A stretch of DNA of 64,000 nt from Paragordius varius. Taxonomy: Eukaryota; Animalia; Nematomorpha. The first letter of the stretch is position 1; each line of letters starts with the position of its first letter. Below the pieces are notes generated by a model, which saw nothing but the letters and a program-made list of their open reading frames with translations, was not told the DNA's origin and did no database searches. Positions 41,484-55,485 of this stretch are shown here, in pieces. The stretch covers positions 3,720,001 through 3,784,000 of the forward strand of contig OZ176057.1 of assembly GCA_964247055.1 (NCBI GenBank), read 5' to 3'. A program made the translations under genes and the position numbers.

Positions 41484-41606
41484 AGAAAATTTATAAAAAA
41501 ATTTTCATATATCAATAATGATAATATATTTATTTGTTGTAAAAAACAAATGATTATATTAAAAAATTGATTTGGATATTCATGGTAACAGACGAGACTA
41601 GATACA

Positions 41607-41838
41607 TATACCATTTATAGTTGAAATTACCCTTCGAATTCATCCTAAAATAAATTATGTGTTATTTAAGATTAGAAATTACCTATATATATAAATAAAA
41701 TAATTCCTTTAAAATTTATATAATACTGAAAAAATAATGAATTATATCATAAGAATAATTTCTTATAAATGATGAATTATATTAGCCCTAAAAACACATA
41801 ATTTATTTTTAGGGTGAATTCGAATTGTAAATGGTATA
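41607..41838. mobile_element. MITE family A copy
   Basis: Both TIRs are recognisable (tataccatttatag ... tgtaaatggtata). Confidence 0.8.
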
Positions 41839-41919
41839 TTTCAAATCATAGCTATTAACTTTTAGTTAAATTAAATATATAATTAAATATTGCCAACAGT
41901 AGCTTTAGGAAACTTATCT

Positions 41920-42160
41920 ATACACAATTCAAATTCACCCCAAAAATAAATTATGTGTTGGGCTAATATTACTCATTATTAATATTATTATATGGACTAT
42001 ATCTTTATGGCTTAGTTTATTATTTTAATTTTAAACTAAATTTTATTATTTAAAAATATAAAATAGCTAATTTTTAATCTTAAACACACACAATTTATTT
42101 TAGGGTAAATTTGAATTATTTAGAGGTTAATCGAATTCAAGGGTGAATTTGAAGTGTAAA

Positions 42161-42166
<6 letters not shown>
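41920..42166. mobile_element. MITE family A copy, left end truncated
   Basis: Family core plus right end gaagtgtaaatgatata. Confidence 0.7.
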
Positions 42167-42196
<30 letters not shown>

Positions 42197-44381
42197 AAAG
42201 CGTAAAATGATTTTTTATTCTCCTAACCTTTCTGTAACGAATTCGTTTTATAATCAAATTGTAAGATTTAATTTACGAGAATTAAAAGTTATTTTGTTCT
42301 GAAGGGGGCTGAACAATATTATTCACTACGTTTAGTTACTAATCAGAGATCAAATTTTATTTGAATTTTCTTAAAAAAGGAAGGACGATCTAACACCCCT
42401 TATAAAAACATATGAAAACAATTTGATTTTAACTAACGCCCCAAATGTTTCAGGATATTTTTGTTTAAGCCTTAAAAATTGATTTTTATTATTAAAAAAT
42501 AATTTTAAAGTTATTATTGAGTTATGCAAATATTTAATAATCAATTATTAAAATCTATTTGTTGGAATTTGTTTTTTGCACGAGTATTTAAATTATTAAA
42601 GGTACAAGTTTAAAGACTTCTATATATATATATATATATATATATTGAATTTGTTACAATAATTACCTAAAATTATTGTAAACAAAATTATTATTATTTT
42701 AGTATATAAAATTTTTGAAATATATTTTTTATATTAAAATAACTTAAAACAATTTAAAACTAGTAATTTATAGAAAAAAAATCAATAATATATTTTATTG
42801 TATATAAAAAATGGCTAAAATAGTTAAAAATAAATATAGTTAAATAATATCATTAGTTTTTTAATATGGCAAGTTTATTAATATTTTATTTAATTCGACA
42901 AATTTTAGATAGAAAACTAAATATAATATGAAACAAATTTCGTATGTCATTTTTTAAATTAACAGTATAGGATTTTTTATAGCTTAATATTTTTCGAAAA
43001 TAACTATTCTACAAACGTTCTGTAAAAAATTATATTATACGGAAGGTAAAAATATAAAGACAATTTTTTTTTCAAAAAACCAAATTTTTTAAACAACCCA
43101 TATATAACCTATAAAAATCATTTAAATACATCGTAAAATACATGCTTGATTTTGTTTTACTCCCCTATTTAAACATTGCAATTTAAACCTAAAACAATAA
43201 AGATGTAAAAAGTATGGTTGTCTTTTAGGATAAAATATTTATCTTTATATTTTTACGTTTTGTCCGTATAATTTCAATTTTTATGTATATAGATGTGCAA
43301 AAATATACGGTATCCTTGAATATTACCTCTATTGATTAAATTTCTGACCCTAGTCGGCACGTTAATTATAAGCAAAAGCGACATAATTATTATAATAAAA
43401 TTCAACAATGCTAGACAAAATTTTTATAGATATTTTTGGGTTTTCCTGTCAAAATTGAAGGTTGCTGTTAAATGGATAATGTTAAATTATATAAAAAACA
43501 TATTATAATGGACAAACTTTTAGTCAGAAATTTAAGATACCGTTTAATAAGGTAATAGAGCGTGTTACTTAACAATTAATTACACTCCAAAAATAATTTA
43601 AGAAATCGGTATTTTAATTGATTGATGGAAATTTAAAGTTTTAAGACGGCTAAAATTTTTTTGTTTAAAGAGTGTAACTTTTAAAAAATATATTTTGGCT
43701 TCTAGAGTTAATGCATAATAAATTTAACTGGTATAATTTCTTTTTATAAGAAATCTAATAATTACTACCATATGTGGCATAAAGTCTTATGGTTAAAAAT
43801 AGTATGCAGAAATAATGGAAATAAAATGAATATTAGCAATGAAATTATTTCGCCTAGAGTAATATCTGATTGTTATATAAATATTTACAGTATATTAACA
43901 AATTTTCATGGTTTAAAGACGCCAATGTGATTTTTCGCTTATAATATTTTCTGAGACCCTCCTAAAAAATGTCAAATTTCTATCGATAGTATTTTGCGTT
44001 TGGATTTATTGTGCTATTTTAAAACAAATAAAAATTAGTTGACGCGTTTCATATATTGTATTTAATTTTATTTGACCTGATATGCAAAAAAATACGATAT
44101 TTTGATTTTGGTTATTATTAGAAAATTTAAATTTTTTTCTATTATTTTAACTGCATGTACCATTTTGATACTCATAAGTTAAACTATTGAATGTATATGA
44201 TTTATTTATTATATAAGAGAGATTAATAACGTTTAAAATAAAATCATTTCACGACTAAGCATGCGTGTTTATAGAAAAGACATATATCCACTTCTAAATA
44301 AAAACATGCATAGATGGACGGCCATATGAAGCTTATATCTTATCTACTCAGTTATAGATTCGGAATAACAAATTAGTTTAG

Positions 44382-45146
44382 GTGGAATCCCAAAATTTTT
44401 ACTTGGGAATGGATGATTAAAGTCGCTTTGCGAAGAAATGCAACTTTTCACATAATGATACAAGGTTAAACTGCTTCTGTTGACCAAAAATATTATGCAT
44501 CGTCCAAGCTAAAGTATACTAAGCTGTTTATAGGTTTAATACCGTAATATTAATAAAAAGAACGATTTTTTAAATTTTAATGCGCCTGGGGCGAAAATGA
44601 TTAAACCACTGATTATTATTAAAACAATTCCACCATTTCTTATTAATATTTTTAATGTTAATTTTATGGTATCAAGTTAAGGATAACCAAATCGCTATTT
44701 AAAACCTGATTCTCGATGGTTTTGTCCCAAATTTCAAAACATATTTGGCAGATATGAGTTTGCCTTTTTAGGTTTTATTGAAAGTATGACAATGCGCCTG
44801 TCCTGAGATGCTACACCTCCATTTATTAATACGTTTGATTGTTGTCAACAATAAAAAGTTATTGTTTATATTTTGATTGCTAAAAAATTATTTGATTGTC
44901 AAAAATATATGGATTCTTGGCTACTAACAGGCGAATTCAACTTCTAGGCCAGGGGATAATAGAATCTTTTTCAACACATTAAAAAAATATTTGTTTTTAA
45001 TATATTTTAGGCAGAATTTGATATTATAAAAGTTTAAATGTTTGGAAAAAGAATACGACCCAGGATTCTTTCCATCATTTAAAGGAAGCTATATATTTAG
45101 TCAAACAAATGCAAGTTCTATATGGCCGGAACGCATAGTTTCATAA
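44382..45146 (+). pseudogene. Possible disrupted gene fragment, loosely NTR/TIMP-like
   Basis: GC-richer islands: 44382..44464 joins 44677 in phase, then a 1-nt frameshift at ~44699 is needed to reach KPDSRWFCPKFQNIFGRYEFAFLG, with TGA at 44804. A separate open segment lies at 45033..45146. Confidence 0.25.
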
Positions 45147-48100
45147 CGGTGTGAATAGCATTTGATTTTCAAAGAAACTCAAATATAAACAACATATTTT
45201 AGAAGAAGAGAGTTAACGTTAAATTTTTGGAAGTCATTAATGATAATAACGGATTATCATCTAAGAACATTTGTAAATGAAGAGATTATTTTTGAAAATT
45301 GATAATAATTTTATAAGAGATTTATTTTGCAAAAATGCTCTCTTTAAGGACTTATATAGACTCTCAACAGTTTGTAAAGAACGCAATATAAATATTAATA
45401 AGAAATTATCCTATATATAATATTCAAAACCAAATAGATTTAATAGATATATATATTGGGGTAGTTTTATTCAAAGTTCAATCTTGTAAATAAAGCTATA
45501 ACAGTTTTGAACGTCATTTTAATAATAATTTATATATCAAACATTTTTTTCATATATAAGATAAAAAATACTTATATTTTTTACAGCTTGGTGACTTTTA
45601 GAGGCTAAAATTAGGACAGCTCCAAAACACGATCGAAGCGAAAAGCTGATATATCAAAATATATCAAGTTTTTGCTGGTAAAATGTCTCCTAAAAGCTTT
45701 TTAAAGTTAATTATTTAAATATAAATTTGCCTGTTGCATTAGCAATTTTAAAAAATTTACAGAAATGGCGGCGACAAGTGTGGGTGGATTTATTACAATT
45801 TTAATTATCTAAATTTTTTTAAATGCGCCTAAAAGACTAAAGATAGCATATGTTCAAATTGGGCTCGATACCTTAAATATTTGTTATTTAATTTTCAAAT
45901 AGTTTTAGGATATAAAACTAAAGGTTAGGCCTAAACTTAAACAATAAACTTGATTTTTTGAGAACACCACCTATAAAAATTTATACTAATTTTATTGCTA
46001 TAAAACCAAATCTGAAATATTGTTGATCTTTACAATAAAATTTTTACGTAATTTTGGATTTTTTGATTTTTAAAAAACAAGTAAATAGACCATTATTTAC
46101 AACCAAGAATAAAAATTTAATATCAAATTATAATCTAATTTAGCGATCTATTAAATTCATGCACAATAAAATCAGAAAAGAATAGATATGAGGTATAAAT
46201 AGAAATTTATGGGTTTTTTATTTATTAACTTCGTAGATAATTTCAAAGTATTTTTGGTTATTTTTTAGAGTTAAGAGTATTTTTATATTGTAAATACCCC
46301 AAAAAACTACTTTATTTCCTCGTGGATGGTTTTTATTGTTGAATTTGAATAAAGTGTATGTATACGGTAATTTTCTGATTTTAAACATAGGATCTTATAA
46401 ATATGGTAAATGCTATAAATCTTATAAATACCTTAAACATTAAAGAATGTGAAGATAATAAAGCTCTTACAACTCGTTAAATTAAACATTCTTTATTTTA
46501 TACATTAGTAAGAACACTATAACATATATAAAGATTTAAAAAAAATTGATTCTATGACGACTTCATAGAAATCATCTATCATCCGATCTTTTTTTGCAGT
46601 TTATAATACTCAGCATTTGCGTATACCATAAAAAATTACACCTCTTAAACTTTAGATTAAAAAGAGTTTTGGATCAATTATTGTTAAAATATTTACTTTG
46701 TTATAGAGTTTTAACGCTCTATCAAGATATATGTTTTGTATATAAATTTTATGTTACGTTATAAAAAAATACATCTAAATTTATATTAGTTTTTGGGAAA
46801 AAGGTAAAAAAAATTAAAAAATCTAGTTGGGAAAGTTTTTTTTGGTTTTAGCTTTACTAAAGCATTGGTTAACAGACGCATAGGGGTGATAAAAAACCTT
46901 GTCAGGTGTAATTGAATGTATTAATCAATCGTTTAATCTAATAAGATGTGGCAGCGTGTCACTCGCCTGTAATCCCTATATGTTATAAGGAAAGCTTTTA
47001 TTGTAGATTTCTTTTTCGCAAAATTTTTTGCATTTTCGCTGGCGATCAATAAAAATTGACCATATGTTGGAAAAATTATGACTTTTTTATTTTTTTGTGC
47101 GATATGTTGCTAAAGAATTAATCCTACATTAACAGCTAAATTTGATTTTAAAACTCATTCTATATACATAATTTAACATTGGAATCAAAATTCTAATCAA
47201 TATGAACATTTATTAATTGGTAGAAAATTTTTTGGCTTTACAAGAGATATCAGCAGCGGTCACGTGCTGTTCAATTTCGCGAGTGTTGTTTCCTCTGCGA
47301 ATAAAAAAGTAGCCATATTGACCCCAATTTGGGCCCCACGAATTCGCTACTCTCTAAAGAAAGGGCGTTTAACATATACAGTGTGAGTAAGTATTTGCTT
47401 GAAAGTTAATAATTTTTGCCAAATAGGATATGTAGGAAAGAAAATTATTATTGGATAATCACAGTAAAAAAGTGAAAAAATTACTATAAGCCAATAATAC
47501 TGCCCTTTGTTGTATATACTATTTGGCAATTAATAACTTTTTAATGTATACTAATTCATACTGTAATTAAGTTATATTATAGTTTTATTTTAGACATAAT
47601 GAAACAGAATACATGGTAAAAATTATAATTAGGACAAATACGACATAAGTTGTTTTATTAAGACAGTAAATACAAATTTTCCTTTAAAATATCCCTTTCC
47701 TATGCATTTTACTTGACCGGAAGTATTTTTTAACGTTTTTATTACCAAACCTCGATTCCAGACAGTTGTAAGCAAAGCAACATTCAAATAAGATTAATTT
47801 TTTTTGCCTATCTTGTGTTTAAGTTAATGGAAAAGATAAACAATATAACACAACCAACCCCTTTTTCAACAAAACCATTTATTTGCATTGTAAAAATTCT
47901 GTGTAAAAGACTAACCCATGGAACGGGATCAAAATATTTTTGTGAGAATATTTAATTAATTTCAATTACATATTTTTTGATAAGATTAATTACAAAACTC
48001 CCCATTTTTAGATGATGTACCTATTTATTCAAATGTCGAAAATATAAAATATAAAACTGAACTTATCACATACCCAGTACGGAATTCCAGTTTTGGTGAC

Positions 48101-48444
48101 ACCCCATCTATGATAAATATAATTTTATCAGCAAGCAGGGCCATTTTTAACATTTAACATCAAACTTTAAGAATAATTAATTATAAATCACCCAAAAAGT
48201 ATACGATATTTTTTAGTCCTTTATATTTATGAGTTTTAAATGATTACATTTATAAAATATAAAGTTATGTTTAACAATTTCAGGATATCCAACGCGTGGA
48301 TCGCGAAAAATCAGAAAATGTATAATTTGTAAAAATATTCTCACAAAATCCTAAAAAAATTAATATTCTATAACAATGTTTTAAAATAATCTATTTAATT
48401 GGCAGGATCTAGAAAAATTGCTATACTGTGTTTGGATTTTACAG

Positions 48445-48908
48445 TCTTTTGTTTGGAATTTAAGAAAAATTAATATGAATGTTTATGAAACTTTCGAACA
48501 AATCCATTTGAGTTGGAGACCCGTCATTTCGATATATATCCTTTCTTACGACCCAAAACAAGTTTTGCATAATAATGAAAACAAAGTTGTCAAAATATGC
48601 TTTTATAATATTGTTTAAAAAAAACGATGACCGTTTATAAATTTTTAATTTACCCAACGATTCTGACAGCATGATAACGACCAGTTCGATTTCCTTTATA
48701 TATGTCATTCAACGAGCAATCATAGATGCCTGAGAAGTACGAAAAAAAATCTGGATACACAACCATAACCGCTAATATATTTAAGAAAATAAAATTTGAA
48801 AATACCAAAAGGTTTATTTGTCAAAAGTTAATTAATCCTTACCCAAAACAGATTTCTGAGAGTAAATATTTTCCATTATGGCCTTATCCTAAAAACACAA
48901 AAATATGA
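48445..48908 (+). CDS. Unresolved exon cluster, FN3/Ig-like
   Basis: Acceptor ttacag| then ...EQIHLSWRPVISIYILSYDP (FN3-like xSWxP/YxLxY). Nearby frames give LYICHSTSNHRC and RFICQKLINPY, resembling the 18-20 kb gene. I could not join the frames unambiguously. Confidence 0.3.
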
Positions 48909-51521
48909 GTAAATATTAACTATAGTAATGAATTAAATATTGATGCCAGATAGCATTTACAGTAGTAGAGAGTAAATTTATTGGCTAAAAGAAAAAATTA
49001 AGCGAAAATAATTTATTATTCTTTTTTGTGCCAAATTCAAACCATACAACTGTATTTGCAAAGTAGTAATAATTAATTAAGAAATTATGGATATATACTA
49101 GCCCTGTAAAAACATTAAATTTTTACTGTAAAAATGCGTTTCAAACAGTAATATACAGTATGCATTTTTATGGTTATGTGGAAAAAACAACAAAATGTTA
49201 AAACATTCTATTCGTTTTGTTTTCCAACTACTGTGTTGCAAATTGCCCAATTATAATGAAAAATAAGCAACCATTAAAATGCATACTGTAAACAAAAATG
49301 GCTCTTTAAAACAATGTAATTTGGGTGTAATAACATGATAAGAATAAACTGTATCTCAATTTTTTTGTTTTAAGCTTGTTTACGGAATTTCTTAAATATT
49401 AATGTTGTCCCTATTAAATTTTACATTACCTTTGATTAAAAACATATTTTTCATTATACATTGTTTAATGTTAAATGCAGTGTCCAAAAATGATATTTGT
49501 ATCCAATTAAGGCTTGATAGGCAAATATTTTTCCATCATTTAAAAGTTTATTTTGTAGATATTTTTTTTCTTTTTTTTGTGCCCAAACAGGAAAATACAC
49601 TTAAAATTATACAGAAAAATATTAAAGTTAAAATAAAAATTTTTACGACAACCATTTTTCGAACTTTCTGCTTTTCTCAATCATCTTACAATTATATTAT
49701 TAATTAAACGTTTTACACATCTATTGTATATATGAAAAATCAAAGTTATTATGTCTTTGAGACGTTTTGTCGGTATAATTTCATTCTCCACTGTAATATT
49801 CCAGAGTAGTCTTGAATTTTCGGATCGCAAATAAAAGAAATAACTTAGTTAGAAACTGCTTTCTTTCCCTGACATTAAAAGAATTTTAAAATAAGTATTT
49901 ATTAATCAAGCTGCTTTTGGTATTTATATTATAACATAAAAGCATACGTTAAAATGCTTTTTTTATAACTGGTCGCACCTATGATTAGGCCATTTTAAAT
50001 AATGAAGCAAAAAACTTTTACCCAATACCCTAATTTAATAATTGGGGATACTTATATCTGTTATGATATACTATTTACATAAAATTAAGCATTTTGAATT
50101 CACTCTTAAACATTTGAAATTAAACCTAAGAATTAAGTATGGGTTATGGACTAATCTAACTTATTATTTTAATAAAAAATATTTCTTAATGGCATAGTTT
50201 ATCATTTTTGTCTGTATTGTGTTAATTTTTATTAAGTTTTAGGTAATTTTTAAAAAACATAATTTACTTTTAGAAATGAAAATGAAATGTTCAAATATTG
50301 CAATTGAGGTGTCCGAGAGCAAGTTTAGAATGTTTAAAGGTAGATTTGAATTAGTTAATTATACAAGCATTACTTTAACATCAATGTTAGTTAAATATAT
50401 ACCTCTTTCTTTAGTTTATATGCTGGCTCAAACCTAATCCCTTCGTGGTGTTCTTTAACAATTCTATAATTATCCAAAAATATATTTAGTATTAGGATTT
50501 TTAATCATATAAAAACAATTTTTCAACAATAAAATATCGAGTGAGCTAAAGTTTAAAGGTTATCACAATTCTTTACTTAAAGGTTATCAAATCATAAATA
50601 TGAATTTTAAAATTTAAAAAGTTTTAAGTTGATTAAAAATATATTTTATGAAAGGTAATTATTTAACGTATAATAATACCAACCAATTTTTAACGGGGTA
50701 TCTATTTCTTAAATCATATTATATTATTGCGTTCTTCGGTCAAACTTAACATGGGTCAAATTTTTCTTTAAGTTATAACATTTCAAACTAATTTATTTCA
50801 AATTGTATTAAAATAATTGGGCTAGCCAAAATTATGGCAAAAAGTAGCTTAAAAACCATTTGTCCAAAAGCAAAGATGCGGCAACCTGTCAGAATAAAAA
50901 ATATTTCTTGGAATCGAAACTATGAGTGGTAGGAACCGGTTCTTTTAAAATAAATGTGGATTGGTTTGTGGTTATAAAGTAAAACATTCAACAGGAGAGT
51001 GAGCAAAAATTAATGTATAATTAGTATCCTGAAAAAAAATTAATTACATTTACGCATATTCTTTTCGACTTAACCCGCTTTGCAAGTTGTTTCATAGTGT
51101 GGCTGTTTATTATATAAACTAGGGGTGTGCCCCGTGGGCAGCCTGAGATATTAAGTGCGCCAGCGATGGAAAATTATAAATACGAATTATAAATTGAAAA
51201 ATATGCTCACAAAATCTTGATAAAATTAATAGTTTTTAAGCAAATTGCTGGATAAGTTTTGTTAATTGTTAAGGAACTAGTAAAAAATGGTCGTTTTTTA
51301 TCATTTTTTACTGTCTTGTGCTTTTAATAATTTCTTTATCATTTTTCGAATGCGACCCGCGAAGCCATTTGTGTGTAACAGCGATGGTGTAAAGTTTTCG
51401 TCATTATAACGTTTAAATTTATTTTTTTTGATATAATGAATGTTAAAGTTATATTTTTTATAAAATTAATATATATTTCAGAAATTGTTTCTGTGATATT
51501 TAATAACTCTCTTATAAATTC

Positions 51522-51719
51522 ATGACTAGAGCAGATTATTCATTTGGGCGCTACTGTAATAATCCATTTACCCCTGAAAGCTTTTTAAAATATATATTAT
51601 TAGTCAAGGGTTCAATTTCAACAATTCAAATAAAAATTAGTGTATACTTCTTCATTTTCGACCAAGATACATCTCCTTCTATATCCGATGACCTTAATTC
51701 ATCTCTAATTTTTGAATAA
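51522..51719 (+). CDS. Possible exon with a CUB-like C-terminal pattern
   Basis: FGRYCNNPFTP...VYFFIFDQDTS loosely resembles the CUB GxYCG...VxFxSD segment; splice partners were not established. Confidence 0.25.
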   Translation: MTRADYSFGRYCNNPFTPESFLKYILLVKGSISTIQIKISVYFFIFDQDTSPSISDDLNSSLIFE

Positions 51720-52068
51720 AGTTTGTGGGTAACGTTAAATGTTGGACATCTATCCATGAAAACGTCTAATGAAATTTATTATACCATGTACATGTAATTT
51801 AACACCTAAAAATTTTATTATTGTTTAAAATGAATGTTTTAATGTTATTAGGGTCGTTGTGTTCAACTTGTTATAAAAGCCAAAGTTACGGTGATCTCTA
51901 TTATCAACAAATTAGACAAAACTTTACAACACTTTTTAATCTGGTGACATAGAGTGATGGAAAAAGTTTAATTTCAGAAAATTTATAAAAAAAATTGCAG
52001 ATGATTACAATAATTACTTGGGGCCAAAAACAATCTTTATTTAATGTGTTGATACATAAGGTCCATAT

Positions 52069-52261
52069 ATTACAGTTTAGAGTCTCTTTTTTCCTTTTTT
52101 ATTAAAGGGTAAGGACTTAAATTGTATCCGGACTTGTGAAGGCTTTAACACTCGCCTGCCCAGGGCTGACAGTGATGATGGAAAAAATGCGTAGTTTCGG
52201 GGATCGAACTCAGGCACGCAGTGTGAGAGTCCGGCGCCCTATCTACTATACCATCACGCCT
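52069..52261 (-). mobile_element. tRNA-Glu(CTC)-derived SINE-like insertion with 17-bp TSD
   Basis: Direct repeat atacataaggtccatat at 52052-52068 and 52262-52278. Minus strand 52259-52188 is tRNA-like, with A box TGGTATAGTAG, loop ACTCTCAC and B box GTTCGATCC, but imperfect stems. The 3' part has AATAAA and an A-rich stretch. Confidence 0.8.
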
Positions 52262-52639
52262 ATACATAAGGTCCATATGTAACAATAAAATCAAAATAAA
52301 CCATAAAAATTTTAAATTGCATCCATTTCAAACTAAAGGTCAAGCATTTAACAACTTATATTTTATGTATATAATATTTGATATATATATGTGTGTATGT
52401 TACATAAAAATTTATTTTAATTGAAATGAAAAAATTTACCAGTTTTATTTATAGGTCATTACCGGTTTAACAAAAAGAAAGGATATGAGCGAAAAGTACG
52501 CAGACGATAAATTGGTTCAGACACCATTTTGTTCATTCATCTCACATTAATTTATACAACATACACAATAAGAGTTCGACAAACGATAGCGTCTTATTGT
52601 GTCTAAATGCGGCACGCATTACTTTTTAGGAGAAAAAGG

Positions 52640-53420
52640 CAGTTAAAAATTACGGATTGTCAGTAAAAACATTTACATGCAAAACCTGAAAAAAATTATT
52701 TCAATGTGAAGAGAGTGGGCGCTTTCGTAAACCAAACCACTGGGAAGCATAAGAGTTATTGGAGAATGACATAAATCACACTTAATGGCCATTGGCAGAA
52801 GCAATACATTTATAACAAAAAGCAATGAGAACACGTCTCCGAGCATTAAATATCAATAACTTTAGCTTATGGGTCCCACAAAATTTGAATGAACGTTAAA
52901 CCAAAAATCGCAGAGTGACTTGAGAAATCCTGCTTTAACGTCATGGAAGGAAATTATTTTTACATCGAATCGTGACGGAGGGATGAGGAATGTCCTTAAT
53001 TTGAAAATTCAAATTATAATAATCATAATCCCAATAAGATGCTCCATCAACACTTATTCAAATTCATTTCGGTAAGATACCATGCTTTGTGTTTAGTCGT
53101 TGAATGGTATTGTCTATTACTTACTTTTGAGGTGAATCCGATAGATAACTTGTTGCCAATTACAAATTTTAAGCATGCATTCGAAGAACACTTATGGGCC
53201 AACAGCTTTTTTAAAGTGTTTTTCTTCATGTAAATTATTTACTACTACAATAATATCAGGGAGACCTTGAAATCGCTTCGATGGGAAATTCTACCCATCC
53301 GCCGGACTGACCTGGCACGATTGACTATTACATCTTTGTATCAATGGGACACACCAATTCAATGATTTCGTCACGTTAATAACTGGCTTGACGAAGCCGA
53401 TGGGCAAGAATAAAACCTTG
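52640..53420 (+). pseudogene. Decayed mariner (Mos1-like) transposase
   Basis: Fragments WVPQNLNER (WVPHEL motif, ~52867), FLHRIVT, FGKDTMLCV, and TLKSLRWEILP...DLA..DYY (YSPDL region, ~53270-53345), with many stops and frameshifts. Confidence 0.8.
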
Positions 53421-53739
53421 AAAATCGTGTTCTTTTACCACCTCGGTGGAGACTTATTTATTACACATGGAAGCCAAATGAGTGCTTAAAAAGGTTATTT
53501 TAATATAACATTTTGCATTTTCTGCTTTGAAATAGATAAAAATATTTTTTAATAATATAATTTTTTGTAAAATATTCATGCGACCCGGTCCTATCTCCCG
53601 CATAAAAAGAGGTTCGATGGTTTTCTGAAATATTTTTATGAAAAATATTTTTGTTTTGGTCTTTAATATTCAAAATATTTTACTGATATTTAATTTAAAT
53701 TTTCTTTTACCATTTTGGCAAAAATGCAAATGTTTCTTG

Positions 53740-54257
53740 CTAGGCTTCTAGGGCATAGTACAATTTCAAAAACCCTAATTTGGCATCATATGGTGATAAT
53801 ATATAATCAATAATCTGGAAAAAGCCATTCCTAAAAATAGTTTTGGGCTGAAATGTTGACCCAAATGTAGTTTATTCTATAATTATATTCACTATATTCA
53901 TGCTTATAGTAATCAACACAGATATTTAAAATGACTTTTGTTATATTAAATATGATGAAAATAATTTAAAATAAACCTAACATGGCTACCCACCAGGAAT
54001 TATTGATCTTTAAGCTATATTGATTTCTTATTTTGATCTTAGTTTCAAAAGTATAGTTTTTAGGCAATGTTATATTCTTTGCCTTAAGAGAATGATTGCT
54101 TAATTTAGATATTGAATTGTTCCCAACATATATGTCATAAACCTCTGTTAAACTCATATTTTTAAATAGTTCATGTCTGTAGGCTTTCCAATTCGCTTCA
54201 TGAAGATAAATAACGAAAAAATCATCATCATATACATTGTTGTTGTCAAAGGTTTGC
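53740..54257 (-). CDS. Last two exons of a divergent fasciclin (FAS1)-like protein
   Basis: complement(join(53740..53830,53994..54257)), with a phase-2 intron tg|gtgggt...ttttag|g. The spliced end INNSWNGFFQIIDYILSP resembles the FAS1 H2 motif NGVIHxIDxVLxP; upstream exons were not found. Confidence 0.5.
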
Positions 54258-55183
54258 CTAGATATTAAACTTTTTTGTAAAATAAATTTGCAATCCAATC
54301 AAAAAATTTCTAAATATACAGTATGATATATGCCATAAGTACCTTCTATTTTATGAAATATATTTTTTTAACACCTATAAACTGATTAATTAGCTTATGT
54401 AATTATAAAGTCATAATCGTTCAAAATTAAAACGATTGCCTATAAATTTACAAGTAATTATATTCCAAATACATTAGATAAAAACCAGGTAAAACACAGT
54501 AAAGACGAAACTACGAGTTATAACTTTTATGGTATTGCTTTGTTTTAAAAAATGGTTTTTATAATTTTTTATTCAATATATAAATATCATAACGGATTAT
54601 TTGCTTAAGTATTTTTAAAAGCCGTTTCTTTTGTGTGCAAAAACTTACGTGATTTTACCGCTTATAATATTTTATTTATATTTATTAAATAATTATGTGT
54701 TTTTACTAAAAATCATTATAATGATCATATTTTTCATTAGTATTAATATCATTTAAAAATATAAAATACCAGATTTTTTCCCGAGCTAAAAAATATAATT
54801 TGATAAATATATATATAGTTGAGTTCTATATATGCAATATTATTTATGGCATACAGTGAAAATTGAAATTATAGACAAGCAAAAACCAAAAGACTAATAT
54901 AAACAGACAATTTTATCGTTTTAAACCTTGATTTTTAGATATAACATACGGTTTTGGTTGAGAAATAATAGAAACGTAAATGAATAGCATTTCAATTATA
55001 AATTTTAAATTACCGTTAGAGTTATATAATTTAAATGTAAAAAATATGTCTGTATGTTAACGAAAAAATTTATTATTATTTTTTACTGCATAAAAATTAT
55101 AAATTTAAAATGATTTTACCAATAAATTAATAAATTGTAGTTTCAAGGGATTAATTTGACAAGAATATTGCACATATAAACAA

Positions 55184-55485
55184 TATACCATACTTTAATT
55201 TACCCCTTAAACAATTCAATACCCTTGAATTCACCCTTGAACAATTTAATTTCACCCTAAATAAAATTTGTTTTTTAAGAACTATCACCTATATTTTTAA
55301 ATAATTAAAAAAATTAAATTTTGTTTAAAATTAAAATAATATTCAAAAATAATAATGCCATAAAGATATAATCTATATAATGATGAGTTTTGTTAGCTCG
55401 AATATTCAATATTTATTTGAGGGTCAATTTGAATTGTTTAAGGGTGAATTTGAATTGGGGTGAATTTGAATTGTTCACGAGTGAA
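55184..55485. mobile_element. Degenerate MITE family A copy
   Basis: ttcacccttgaacaatt units at left, gggtgaatttgaattg units at right. Confidence 0.65.

Noticed and set aside
46947-46980. CGCCTGTAATCCC match to the Alu/7SL 5' end
   Set aside because: Only ~13 nt is exact, and the remainder of 7SL (S domain) is absent.
52188-52259. Functional tRNA-Glu gene
   Set aside because: Acceptor, D and anticodon stems have multiple mismatches, and the TSD argues for a retroposed derivative.
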